A stretch of 64,000 nt of DNA, taken from the NCBI GenBank assembly GCA_030390025.1, contig JASTWF010000336.1, positions 372,001 through 436,000 of the forward strand. Reading direction: 5' to 3'. This DNA comes from Squalus acanthias. Lineage: Eukaryota. Under the pieces are notes generated by a model. It made no database searches. It worked only from the letters and a program-made list of their open reading frames with translations, and had not been told where the DNA came from. Positions 26,654-37,883 of this stretch are shown here, in pieces (position 1 is the stretch's first letter; each line of letters starts with the position of its first letter). The translations under genes and the position numbers were made by a program.

Positions 26654-28837
26654 ATGACAAGAGTATCAGAGACAGACAGACCCAGAATGATTCTCACTCT
26701 CGCACACAGTACCGGAGACTGAGAGGCACAGCATTAATCTAAATCTCACATAGAGCACCAGAGACTGACAGATACAGAATTAATCTATCTCTCACATACA
26801 TTATCAGAGACTGACAGACCCAGAATTAATCTATCTCTCACATACAGTATCAGAGACTGACAGATACAGAATGAATCCCACACTTACATACAACACCAGG
26901 GACTGATAGATACTGAATTAATCTAACTCTCACATGAACACACCTCATTGTCACATACAGTACCAGAGACCGACAAATCCAGAATTAACCACACACTGAC
27001 AAAGAGTATCAAAGTCTGAGAGATAAAGATTGAATCTAACTCTCACATAGCGTACCAGAGACTGACAGAGAGAGAATGAATCTCACACTAATACAAAGTA
27101 TCAGAGACAGACAGGTACAGAATGAATCCCACACTCATATACAGTACCAGATAGTGACAGAGACTGAATTAAACTAACTCTCACATACAGTATCATAGGC
27201 TGACAGGTACAGAATAAATCACACGCTGACAAAGAGTATCAAAGTCTGAGAGATAAAGATTGGATATCACTCTCACATACGGTACCAGAGATTAACAGAG
27301 CCAGAATTAATCTATCTCTCACATAAGATATCAGAGACTGACAGATATAGAATGATTCCCAAATTCTCATGCCATGCCAGAAACTGACTGATATAGAATA
27401 CATCTCATTCTCACATACAATATCAGAGACTGACAGATGCAGAATGAACCCTGCACTTACATACAACATCAGAGAATGACAGATACTGAATTAATCTAAA
27501 TCTCACATACAGAATCATAGACTGACAGACAGAGAATGAATCTCACACTAACTTTGTGACAGGGCCTGACAGACATAGAATAAATCCCACACTCACATAC
27601 AGTACCAGAAAATGAGAGAGACAAAATGAATTCCACTCTGATACAGAGTATTAAAGACTGACTGATACAGAATGAATCTCAATCTCACACATAACACCAG
27701 AGACTGACAGATACAGAATGTATCTCACTGTCACATAGAGTATCAGACACTGACTAATACAGAATCAATCCCACACTGACACAGATTATCAGAGACTGAC
27801 AGATACAGAATAAATCTCACGCTCACATACGGTTTCAGAGACTGACAGATGCACAGAATGAATCTCACACTCACATACAGTTCCAGATAGTGACAGAGAC
27901 AGAATTAAACTAACTCTCACATATAGTATCAGAGACTGACAGGTACAGAATAAATCCCAAACTCACATGCCATACCAGGAACTGATAGATATAGAATAAA
28001 TCTCAATTTCACACACACTATCACAGATTGGCAGAGAGAGAGAATGACAGAGTATCAGAGGGTGACAGACACAGAATTAATACACACTCGTATACAGTAC
28101 CAGAAAATGAAAGAGACAAAATTAACCCCACATTAAAGACTGATTGGTACAGAATGAATCACACTTTCACATACAGCACCAGAGATTGACAGATATATAA
28201 TTACTCTAACATACACCTACAGAACATAGACTGACAGACAGAGAATCTTTCTCACACTGACACAGAGTATCAGAGTCCCTGACAGATACAGAATGAGTAC
28301 ACAATTACATGCAGTTCAATTGATTTACAGATAGATTCAGACCCACACTCACTAGCAGAGATGGAATGAATCTCAAACTATCAAGTACCAGAGACTGATC
28401 GATACAGTATGAATGCCACATTCATAAACCGAGTGAGTAGCAGATTCATGCGGAATCTGTCGCTGAAATACAGTACCAGAGACAGACAGATTCAGAACTA
28501 ATCAGACAGTGACATATAGTACCAGAGAATGACAGATTCAGGATGAATCCCAACACTTGACACACGGTACCAGAGTCTGACGGATACAGATGGAATCCCA
28601 CTCTAAGACGTGGTACCAGTGACGGACAGGAAACGAATGGATCCCACACTCTCAGAATGTAACAGAGACTGAGATTGAGAATGATTCCCACACTGACATA
28701 AATCACCAGAGACTGAGTGATATAGAACTATTCCCACACACACAGTACTGGAGACTGACAGATACAGAACTAAAATAACAACAGAAAATGCTGGAAAAAC
28801 TCAGCAGGCCAGGCAGCATCCGTGGAGAGAGAAAGAG

Positions 28838-28874
28838 AGTTAACGTTTCAGGTCGATGACCTTTCGTCAGAACT
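28838..28874 (-). ncRNA. Minimal type I hammerhead ribozyme motif
   Basis: Reverse complement of the 29217-29253 motif. Confidence 0.8.
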
Positions 28875-29216
28875 GTGAAGAGCCGGAAATCAAATAGATT
28901 TAAGGCCAGAGTAAAGCTGGGAAAAGGGGGAGGGGATAAAAGAACAAAGAGGGAGATGAAGAGACATTAAGAGACATTAAGAGATATGCAAGGCTAGAGG
29001 TGGTGTTAATGTGACAGATTAAGGCTGAAAGAAGCGTGAAATCCACTGGCAGAATGAAGGACAGCTGCCAGTGGATCTCTTAATGTCTCTTAATGTCCCT
29101 TGCATATCTCTTAATGTCTCTTAATGTCTCTTCATCTCCCTCTTTGTTCTTTTATCCCCTCCCCCTTTTCCCAGCTTTACTCTGGCCTTAAATCTATTTG
29201 ATTTCCGGCTCTTCAT

Positions 29217-29253
29217 AGTTCTGACGAAAGGTCATCGACCTGAAACGTTAACT
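29217..29253 (+). ncRNA. Minimal type I hammerhead ribozyme motif
   Basis: AGTT-CTGACGA-A-AGGTC-ATC-GACCT-GAAA-CGTT-AACT: stem I AGTT/AACT, stem II AGGTC/GACCT, palindromic AACGTT stem III. Confidence 0.82.
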
Positions 29254-29554
29254 CTCTTTCTCTCTCCACGGATGCTGCCTGGCCTGCTGAGTTTTTCCAG
29301 CGTTTTCTGTTGTTATTTCAGATTTCCAGCATCCGCAGTATTTTGCTATCAGATACAGAACTAATGTGGCGGTGACCACACCGCAAGGCGAGAAGATAGT
29401 GCACTGGTTGGAGGAAGTACATCTAAATTGCTGTCTCGTCCGCAAGGAGTGCTTGGGACCCTGGATAATGGTCTGGGAAATGGGGAGATGATGCTCTCTC
29501 TGCTCTTGGAATGACTTTTCTGACTGCAGGGGGCGCGCTGGTGGCAAACACTAA

Positions 29555-29695
29555 GTCTGATTGGATACATAAAGAAGCCAATCGGAGAGATGCAGAACAA
29601 TGGAAATTTGACATCACTCCTAACCAGCCAATCAAAATCATTGCCTTCACCAATCCTTCATTAGCATAGGGCTGTGGGGGCTGCCTATTTAATCC
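29555..29695 (+). promoter_or_regulatory. H2B promoter
   Basis: Several CCAAT boxes, TGACATCA (CRE-like), octamer-like ATTAGCAT near 29660, TATTTAA near 29686. Confidence 0.75.
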
Positions 29696-29733
29696 GAGCG
29701 CGGAGCGGTTAGTGTCTGATATCAAGATTGAGA

Positions 29734-30111
29734 ATGGTTGACGAAAAGAAGAAACCAGTTGCCAAGAAGGGCGTCAAGAAAACCGTCACTAAACCAGCAG
29801 CGAAGGGCGGCAAGAAGCGCCGAAAGTCGAGGAAGGAGAGTTACTCCATCTACATCTACAAAGTGATGAAGCAGGTTCACCCTGACACCGGCATCTCCTC
29901 CAAGGCCATGAGCATCATGAACTCGTTTGTGAACGATATTTTCGAGCGCATCGCGGGTGAGGCTTCCCGCCTGGCCCATTACAACAAGCGGCACACCATC
30001 AGCTCCCGGGAGATCCAGACCGCCGTGCGCCTGCTGCTGCCCGGGGAGCTGGCCAAGCACGCCGTGTCGGAAGGGACAAAGGCGGTGACCAAATACACCA
30101 GCTCCAAGTAA
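29734..30111 (+). CDS. H2B: Histone H2B, intact
   Basis: ATG 29734; 125 aa [12 protein letters not shown]...[26 protein letters not shown]...KYTSSK. Confidence 0.98.
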   Translation: MVDEKKKPVAKKGVKKTVTKPAAKGGKKRRKSRKESYSIYIYKVMKQVHPDTGISSKAMSIMNSFVNDIFERIAGEASRLAHYNKRHTISSREIQTAVRLLLPGELAKHAVSEGTKAVTKYTSSK

Positions 30112-30138
30112 AACTCCACGCTCTCCTCAAAACAAAAC

Positions 30139-30154
30139 GGCTCTTTTAAGAGCC
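30139..30154 (+). terminator. Histone 3' stem-loop of H2B
   Basis: GGCTCT-TTTA-AGAGCC-ACCCA, GAAAGAG downstream. Confidence 0.95.
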
Positions 30155-30919
30155 ACCCACAACCTCTTTGAAAGAGCGACACAAATGTATCTCCGTTTAG
30201 AATCGCTGTACTGTTATTGTTTTCTTGACAAGTGTGTTTGAGAAGGTTTGAAGCTCCAGCAGTTCAAGACCTTTTCAATGTTTTTTAATGCCTGTTGAGA
30301 GTCAATCCGTTTATTAACCCGAGACCTCCTGCGGTGTAACAACCCAGAATGGGACTTCTTACACAGACCAGAACGGGGACAGTTTGAACACTCTGTCCCT
30401 CTTTTTTCTCAGAAGGACTCCCAGTTCTGGTTTCACTCCCGCAGCAGCGCCTGTGCAAAGGATCGATCGATAATCTGTGAAACCTCACTTTTACAGAGAT
30501 TGAGCTGGAATGTGTCCTGTTACAGAATCAATGGGGATCGCTTCCCGCCCGTTTGAAATTGAACCCAAAATTAATCCTGATTGTAACAGCCTTGAATTAG
30601 CAAGGGAGAGATGAAATAAGAAAAGGAATTTAAAAAAATGTTCGGAATTCTTTGGCTAATTAATGGTGAATTTATTAACTTAATTCGCTCGTTTCGGAAA
30701 ATATTGGCGAGCTTTTTGAAATTAAAAATACGTTGGCGGTCTGACTGAAGGACAGTTATTTCCGCCCTCTTTTCATTGGCGGGAGAAGCAGACTGTGATT
30801 GGTCACCGGAAAACACCAATGAAATTCACCACAGCGACCAATCACAAGCTCACTCCCTGCATTCCTCCAGATGGTATTAGTAGGGCAGATGTGGGAGGAG
30901 ATTCTCATTCTTACTGTGA

Positions 30920-31324
<405 letters not shown>

Positions 31325-31354
31325 AGCGGACAAGATTCAATCTAATAACCCAAA

Positions 31355-31370
31355 GGCTCTTTTCAGAGCC
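31355..31370 (+). terminator. Histone 3' stem-loop of H2A
   Basis: GGCTCT-TTTC-AGAGCC-ACCCA. Confidence 0.95.
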
Positions 31371-32124
31371 ACCCACTTTATCTGAGAAAGGGCTGGTCAC
31401 TGTCGTAAGAAAATGATCCATTGATCACAATTATCTCATCTGATTAAATGTAATAGATCCCTGCTGATAAATTGGGAGTTTCATGATCTGAAATGGCCTT
31501 CAGTTTGCCGTTTATAAACAAGTCCCAGTCTGTAGAGGAAGAGCAGGTAAAGCGACACCAATCTATTCAGCATTGGCAGAATCCCAGCACCAAGTGGTCT
31601 GACCACATTACTGATCAAACTAAGTGAACTACAGGATGGCGGAAAACAATTAAATAAACACAATATTCAGTGTAACTTGCAAACACAATCCCATCCCCGA
31701 ATCTATTCAGTCCCACACTGATCCCAGTTAATTTAATTGAACCCACACTGGACCTGTCACCGGCCATCCGGTCCCTGAATTGATCCAGTCCCACATTGAA
31801 TCCCAGTTCCAGTTACATCCATTGTAGGACTAGTCCCCGGTCTCGTGCTGCTCAGATCGGCATTTGGCGCATTTTCCCGGACCAAAAGTTGTCTGTTTAT
31901 TGTCCGATTTCCACGGGCTCTGCCGCCACGCCGCACTCCGGGTTCGACTGGGGGAGATTTGAGACCCGGGAAAGGCATCTGATGCCTTCAACACCGGTGT
32001 AAGTTCATTGAACTATTGGGCGCCTCTTGTCAGCTGGATTCAGGGAACTAAAAGTGTCCTTGAATGGTTCTGTAGGGGTTGTGATTGATTATGCTTTGGT
32101 AATTATTGTATTTAATGTCCAAAA

Positions 32125-33515
32125 TCACGAGGGATCAAGACAGAGCAGAATAGAGAGAAACTGTTCCCATTCTTCTTCTTAGGCAATCCCTCGGAACCGA
32201 GGATGACTTGGTTCCACATTAAAAATGAATTCCCAGGTGACTGATGAGTCCAATGCGGGACCTACAGTCTCTGTCTCAGGTGGGGCAGACGGTGGTTGAA
32301 GGGGGTGGGTGGGTGGGGAGCTTGGGTTGACGTGCGCTCCTTCCGCTGTTTGCGCTTGGCTTCCGCTTGCTCCCGGCGAAGAGACTCAAGGTGTTTGGCG
32401 CCTTCCCGGATGCTTCTCCTCCACTTTGTGCAGTCTTGGGCCAGGAATTCCCAGGTGTCGTTAGGGATGGTACACTTTTTCAAGGAGGCTTTGAGGGTGT
32501 CCTTGAAGCGTTTCCTCTGCCCACCTGGGGCTCTCTTGCCGTGTCGGAGCTCCGAGTAGAACGCTTGTTTTGGGAGTCTCGTATCGGGCATGCGGACAAT
32601 GTGACCCATCCATCGGAGCTGATCGAGCAGCGTCAAAGCTTCGATGCTGGGGATGTTGACCTGAGTGAGAATACTGACATTGGTGCGCCCATCCTGCCAA
32701 TGGATTTGCAGGATCTTGCGGAGGCAGCATTGGTGGTACCTCTCCAGTGCTTTGACGTATCTGCTGTACATGGTCCATGTCTCTGAGGCATACAGCAGGG
32801 CGGGTATCACTGCTGCTCTGTAGACCATGAGCTTAGTGCCGGGTTTGAGGTCCTGGTCTTCAAACACTCTCTTCCTCAGGCGACTGAAGGCTGCACTGGC
32901 ACACTGAACGCGGTGTTGGACTTCGTCATCAATGTCTGCCCTTGTTGACAGTAGCCTTCCGAGGTATGGAAAGTGGTCCACGTTGTCCAAGGTCTTGTCA
33001 TGAAATTTGATAATCGGGGGGCAGTACTGTGTGGCGGGGGCAGGTTGGTGGAGGACCATTGTCTTACGGATGTTTGGTGTAAGGCCCATGCTCTCATACG
33101 CTTCGGTGAAGGTGTTGACGATGGTTTGGAGTTTGACCTCCGAGTGAGCGCAGACGCAAGCGTCGTCTGCATACTGTAATTCGATGACAGGGGATGGGAC
33201 ATTGGCGGAACGGTGGAGAACCAGAGGACACAGATTTAAGGCGATTGGCAGAAGATCCAAAGGCGACATGAAGAAAAACTGTTTTACACAGCAAGTGGTT
33301 AGGATCTGGAATGTACTGCCTGGGAGCGAGGTGGAGGCAGACTCAATCGTAACTTTCAAAAGGGAATTGGATAAGAACTTAAAGGAAAATAATTGCAGGG
33401 CTACGGAGAAAGGGCGGGGGAGTGGGACTAGCTGAAGTGATCTCGCAGAGAGCCGGCACGGGCTCGACGGGCCGAATGGCCTCCTACTGCGCTGTCACCA
33501 GTCTATGATTCTATA
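32125..33515 (+). mobile_element. CR1 3' fragment split by an RTE insertion
   Basis: 32125-32171 continues at ~33200 (CTGTTCCCATT|GGCGGAA); ORF 33184-33435 CR1 C-terminus. Confidence 0.8.
32170..33199 (-). mobile_element. RTE-clade LINE 3' fragment
   Basis: ORF 32262-33359: LQYADDACV, LLYASETW, QLRWMGHIVRM, GGQRKRFKD; (AAG)n tail. Confidence 0.92.
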
Positions 33516-33669
33516 ATAGATTTGAAGTGCAGCGGGACACATTTAATGAATTTTAATTATATTGTCCGGCTATTGCTTTTCTAGAAATCTCTGAATATCA
33601 ATCCTTGATTATCAGGATTTATCTGAATTTGTGTGAAGTATGGTGAAGATTTTAAAGAGGATTGTAACT

Positions 33670-33840
33670 TCAAATTGGAGAGGTTGCTGGAAGCTGAGAG
33701 CCCTTTCTCTCTGTCACTCTGGATCTGTCTCCTCCCTTCCCGCTCTCTGCTCTGTCTCTCATTCAAATTCCCTCCCGTTCACCTCACGCACAGTGTCTGC
33801 CTTTCTCAGCCAGGTCCGCTCCGGCTGCATAAATAAAGCT
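33670..33840 (+). promoter_or_regulatory. Displaced upstream promoter of the H4 gene at 41199
   Basis: Homologous to the promoter of H4 at 6026 (CTTTCTCAGCCAGGTCCG...GGCTGCATAAATA); 13-bp repeat CATAAATAAAGCT at 33828-33840 and 41138-41150. Confidence 0.85.
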
Positions 33841-33958
33841 CCGAAAGCTTGTAATTTTAAATAAATCGGTTGGACTATAACCTGGTGTTCCTCTTTTTGG
33901 TTGGACAGAACCCAAATTAACTGTAAATCAATTAAAACTTTAAATGAAACTTAATAAA

Positions 33959-36900
33959 TCAAATTAAAATTTGGAAGTCCGGGGTGACGATGCACTCCAG
34001 TCCCCGCGGCGCCCACCGGTCGCGGAAAAACTCAAGCGTGCCGGTGGACACCGCGTGCTCCATCTCCAGGGCCACCCGGGCGCGAACATGGCCGCGGAAG
34101 AGAGGCAGGCAATCGGGCCGAACGACCCCCCCGACCGCCCGCTGCCTGGACCAATTAATGGCTTTCTTGGCCAGGCCCAGGAGCAGTCCTACGAGGAGGT
34201 CCTCCGACCTACCCGCTCCCCTCCGCACCGGGTGACCGTAGATCAGGAGCGTGGGGCTGAAGTGCAACCAGAAATTGAGGAGCAGCCCCTTCAAATAATG
34301 AAAGAGGGGCTGCAACCTCTCACATTCAACATAAATGTGATAGACGGACTCCTCCAGGCCGCAGAAATGGCAAGCAGCCTGGGAGTCCGTAAACCTACTT
34401 AAAATCCTATTGCACGGGACTGCTCCGTGCAACACCCTCCAGGCCAAGTCCCCAATAGAACAAGGGAAGACTCCCGCGTAGAGAGCCTTCCAATGGGGAC
34501 CTTCGCCTCCGCCGGACGGCAGGATGGTACGCCAAGGCGTGTCCGGACGGCAGACGAAGATGGCAAAGTGGAGAGTGTGCAGGAGCAGCCCGTACAGGAA
34601 ACGCCTCCGTGCGGATTGAAAGGGCACGGAGGGCATTTCTCCGAGAAGGCTCAAGTGGTGAGGCGGCGGCTCCCGAGGGAGGATTCGGGGCCGGGCGCCG
34701 ATAAGGAATTCCGTCCGAACGGGGGTCAGTTCGGACGGGATCGCCCCACGTGCTTGAGCCTCCTCGACACACCTAGTGGAGACGGGGCCCAGTGCCACTT
34801 TTAGCGACTCGATGGCTTTGACCGCGAGCCGGACGTTGACCCAGGACATGCGCCTCGCCAACTCCTCCGGCGCCATCCAGCCCGCTCCTCCGCCATCGAG
34901 CAGGTCCCCGACTCTGGTCACCTTACCGGGCACAGCCCTGCCCTCCGCCAGCCAGCCGAACCCGCGGTCGTGGAGGTGCGGATTCCTGAACAGCGGCTCC
35001 CGAAGGACGGCCGCCGCTCCTGACGGGGGAGAACTGCGCTCGGAGGCGACGCTGTTCCAAACCCATAGCAGTTCCTGGTAGAAGATAGGCAGCTCCCGCA
35101 GGCTGGCACGCGTGCCACCCACTCTCACAAACAGGAGCTGCGTGTCGTAATTGAGGCCGTGCAGCTGGCGGAAGAAATACGTCGCCAGCGCACGCCACCT
35201 AGGAGGATTCTCCACGTACAGGTATCTCTGCAGCGTCTGAAGACGGAAAGTCGCCGCCTGGGTGCGAAGGCACACCAGCGCCTGACCGCCCTCCCTAAGC
35301 AGGAGACTCAAAACCGCGGCAGAGACCCAGTGCTTCCTTTTGTCCCAGAAGAAGTCGACGAGATTCTTCTGCATCTTGGCGACAAACGCAGGGGGAGGGA
35401 TCAAAGTGATCAACCGGTACCACAACATGGCGGCCACCAGCTGGTTTATGACCAGCGCTCGACCCCTGTAGGACAACACTCGGAGCAGTCCTGTCCAGCG
35501 CCCTAGGCGAGCGGTGACTTTGGCCTCCAGCTCTTGCCACTTCGCCGGCCAGGCGTCCTCGGCCGGGCTGAGGTAGACTCCCAGGTAGAGGAGGTGCGTG
35601 GTGCTCCAGGCGAAAGGCCCGAACTCCTCCGGCAGGGAGTCCACCCGCCATGGGCCCACCAGGAGTCCAGAACATTTCTCCCAGTTGATCTTGGCGGAGG
35701 ATGCGTCCGAGTAAATCTGCTGGCATTCTCGCATCCTCCGCAAGTCGACGGGATCCGTGACCGCGAGGAGCACGTCATCGGCGTAAGCCGAGAGGACCAC
35801 CTCCACGCCCGGCCCTTGCAGAGCCAGTCCCGTCAACCTCTTCCGCAAGAGGCGCAGGAAAGGCTCCACGCAAACGGCGTATAACTGACCGCACATGGGG
35901 CATCCCTGACGCACCCCCCTCCCGAAGCGAAGGGGCGCCGTCAAAGACCCGTTAACTTTAATCAGACACTCCGCGGCGGCGTACAGAAGTCGGATCCGGG
36001 CGACGAAATGCGTCCCGAACCCGAATGCGCGCAGAGTCCCGAAAAGATACTCGTGATCCACCCTGTCGAACGCCTTCTCCTGATCTAGGGAAAGGAAGGC
36101 GACCGACAGACCAGCCCTCTGGGAATGGTGGACCAGGTCCCGGACCAGATGGATGTTGTCGTGGATTGTCCGGCCCGGGACCGTGTAGGACTGGTCGGGG
36201 TGGATCATGCGGGCCAGCACGGTGCCAAGGCGAGCAGACATAGCCCTGGCGAAAATTTTGTAGTCCGTGCTGAGGAGGGAGACCGGGCGCCAGTTCTTAA
36301 GTAGGCGGAGATCGCTCTTCTTGGGCAGCAGGACGATGACCGCCCTGCGCCAAGAGAGGGGCATCTCCCCGGTCGCCAGACTTTCCCCCAGGACCCGCGC
36401 GTAGTCGTCCCCCAAGACGTCCCAGAACGCCCTGTGGAACTCCACGGTCAGCCCGTCCAGCCCCGGGGACTTGCCCCTCGAGAGCTGGCGCAGGGCGCCG
36501 GTCAGCTCCGCCAGGCTTAGCGGAGCTTCTAAATACTCGGCGCCCTCCGGGCCGACCTTCGGCAGGTTCTCCCACAAAACTCTGCGTGCATCCTCGCTGG
36601 ACGGATCCGAAGAGAACAGAGCCCCGTAATAGGCCCGGGCCTCCGCGCTGATGCCCTCCGGATCCGAGACCAGAGATCCGTCGTCGGCCAGCAGCCCCAA
36701 GAGCTGCTTACGGACCCCCCGTCTTTTTTCCAGCGAGTAGAAGAAGGGGGAGCCGCGGTCCAGGTCCCACAGGAACTGGATCCGCGACCTCACGTACGCG
36801 CCTCGGGACCCGACCAGCTGCAGGTCCTGCAGCGCGCCCTTCTTCTCTTCGTACACCTTCCGCAGGGCCGGGTCCTCGACGACTTGACCGAGACTGGACT

Positions 36901-37858
36901 CCAGGTCGAGCACTTCTTTCTCCAATCGCCCGACCCGGGCCTCCCGCCTCTTGGTCGACCCCTTCGCGTACTCCTGACAGAAGACGCGGACGTGAGCCTT
37001 GCCCATGTCCCACCATAGCCTCAAGGAGGGGAAGCCTCCCCGCTTCCTTCTCCAGTCGGCCCAGAACCGGCGAAACGAATCCCGGAACCGCACGTCCTCC
37101 AGCAGCAGGTTGTTAAAATGCCAGTACGCGGACCCCCCCCGCGCGCGCAGCGGAGCGAGCTCCGCCCACACCAGGTGGTGGTCCGTGCACGGCACCGGCC
37201 GCATGGAAGCCGCCGGAACGCAGGAGACGTACGCCCGGGAAATGTAAAGGCGGTCGATTCTGGACCTTCCTCCTCCAGACCTTACGCTCGTGAAGGCGCT
37301 GGAGTCGGGATGGAGATATCGCCAGACGTCCACCAAGTCGAAGGACCCGACCAGGTCCCGCAACTTCTCCATCGCCGCCGGGCTTCGCGGGGGACCCGAC
37401 CGGTCCCGCGCCTCGAGGGTACAATTGAAATCCCCCCCGAGGATGACGCACTCGCCCACGTCGATGGAGCCCAGAAGAGCGGACACTTCTCCGAAGAAGC
37501 GCACTTGCTGCGCACCGGGCCGGGGGGCGTACACGTTCACTAAATGGAGCGGCACGCCTCCCAGGCGAACAGTGACCTGGAGCAAGCGGCCCGGCACGTG
37601 CTCCTTGACCCTCAAGATCTCCGGCTGAAAATGCGGGGCCAGCAAGACAGCCACCCCGCAGGAATTGTTAGAGAGGTGACTCATGCTGACCCCTCCTTGC
37701 CACTCCAGGAGCCACGTGGCCTCGTCTCCCGGAACGGTGTGGGTTTCTTGCAGGAAGCACACCGCATATTTCCCGTCCCGAAGGACCGAGAAGTTATTGA
37801 ATCTACGGCGCGCCTCCCTGCTGCCGTTGATGTTGAGGCTGGCTATGGTTATCTTCAT
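33959..37858 (-). CDS. Tx1 ORF2: APE endonuclease, reverse transcriptase, C-terminal zinc finger; intact
   Basis: ASLNING, LQETH, GGDFN, SRIDR, TDH; KNWRPVSL, DQEKAFD, RQGCP, YADD; CHFCGLEESVYHIYVEC. Confidence 0.96.
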   Translation of the reverse strand: MKITIASLNINGSREARRRFNNFSVLRDGKYAVCFLQETHTVPGDEATWLLEWQGGVSMSHLSNNSCGVAVLLAPHFQPEILRVKEHVPGRLLQVTVRLGGVPLHLVNVYAPRPGAQQVRFFGEVSALLGSIDVGECVILGGDFNCTLEARDRSGPPRSPAAMEKLRDLVGSFDLVDVWRYLHPDSSAFTSVRSGGGRSRIDRLYISRAYVSCVPAASMRPVPCTDHHLVWAELAPLRARGGSAYWHFNNLLLEDVRFRDSFRRFWADWRRKRGGFPSLRLWWDMGKAHVRVFCQEYAKGSTKRREARVGRLEKEVLDLESSLGQVVEDPALRKVYEEKKGALQDLQLVGSRGAYVRSRIQFLWDLDRGSPFFYSLEKRRGVRKQLLGLLADDGSLVSDPEGISAEARAYYGALFSSDPSSEDARRVLWENLPKVGPEGAEYLEAPLSLAELTGALRQLSRGKSPGLDGLTVEFHRAFWDVLGDDYARVLGESLATGEMPLSWRRAVIVLLPKKSDLRLLKNWRPVSLLSTDYKIFARAMSARLGTVLARMIHPDQSYTVPGRTIHDNIHLVRDLVHHSQRAGLSVAFLSLDQEKAFDRVDHEYLFGTLRAFGFGTHFVARIRLLYAAAECLIKVNGSLTAPLRFGRGVRQGCPMCGQLYAVCVEPFLRLLRKRLTGLALQGPGVEVVLSAYADDVLLAVTDPVDLRRMRECQQIYSDASSAKINWEKCSGLLVGPWRVDSLPEEFGPFAWSTTHLLYLGVYLSPAEDAWPAKWQELEAKVTARLGRWTGLLRVLSYRGRALVINQLVAAMLWYRLITLIPPPAFVAKMQKNLVDFFWDKRKHWVSAAVLSLLLREGGQALVCLRTQAATFRLQTLQRYLYVENPPRWRALATYFFRQLHGLNYDTQLLFVRVGGTRASLRELPIFYQELLWVWNSVASERSSPPSGAAAVLREPLFRNPHLHDRGFGWLAEGRAVPGKVTRVGDLLDGGGAGWMAPEELARRMSWVNVRLAVKAIESLKVALGPVSTRCVEEAQARGAIPSELTPVRTEFLIGARPRILPREPPPHHLSLLGEMPSVPFQSARRRFLYGLLLHTLHFAIFVCRPDTPWRTILPSGGGEGPHWKALYAGVFPCSIGDLAWRVLHGAVPCNRILSRFTDSQAACHFCGLEESVYHIYVECERLQPLFHYLKGLLLNFWLHFSPTLLIYGHPVRRGAGRSEDLLVGLLLGLAKKAINWSRQRAVGGVVRPDCLPLFRGHVRARVALEMEHAVSTGTLEFFRDRWAPRGLECIVTPDFQILI

Positions 37859-37883
37859 CTCAGAAGCATAGTGCAACCTCTAC

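Larger units (their letters stand above)
17200..28770. repeat. Degenerate satellite of 41-bp and ~46-bp units with a higher-order duplication
   Basis: 41-mer ACTCACATCCCAGAGTATGACAGATACAGAGTAAAACCCAC (19.4-20.3 kb); ~46-mer GAGACTGACAGATACAGAATTAATCTATCTCTCACATACATTATCA (26.7 kb on). Confidence 0.92.
28774..29349. mobile_element. Penelope-like inverted terminal-repeat element
   Basis: Arms 28772-28993 and 29098-29318 are near-perfect reverse complements; 15-bp TSD CAGATACAGAACTAA at 28759-28773 and 29350-29364; hammerhead motif in each arm. Confidence 0.85.

Noticed and set aside
17200..28770. Possible CRISPR-like array
   Set aside because: Units are contiguous with no unique spacers; eukaryotic context, no cas genes
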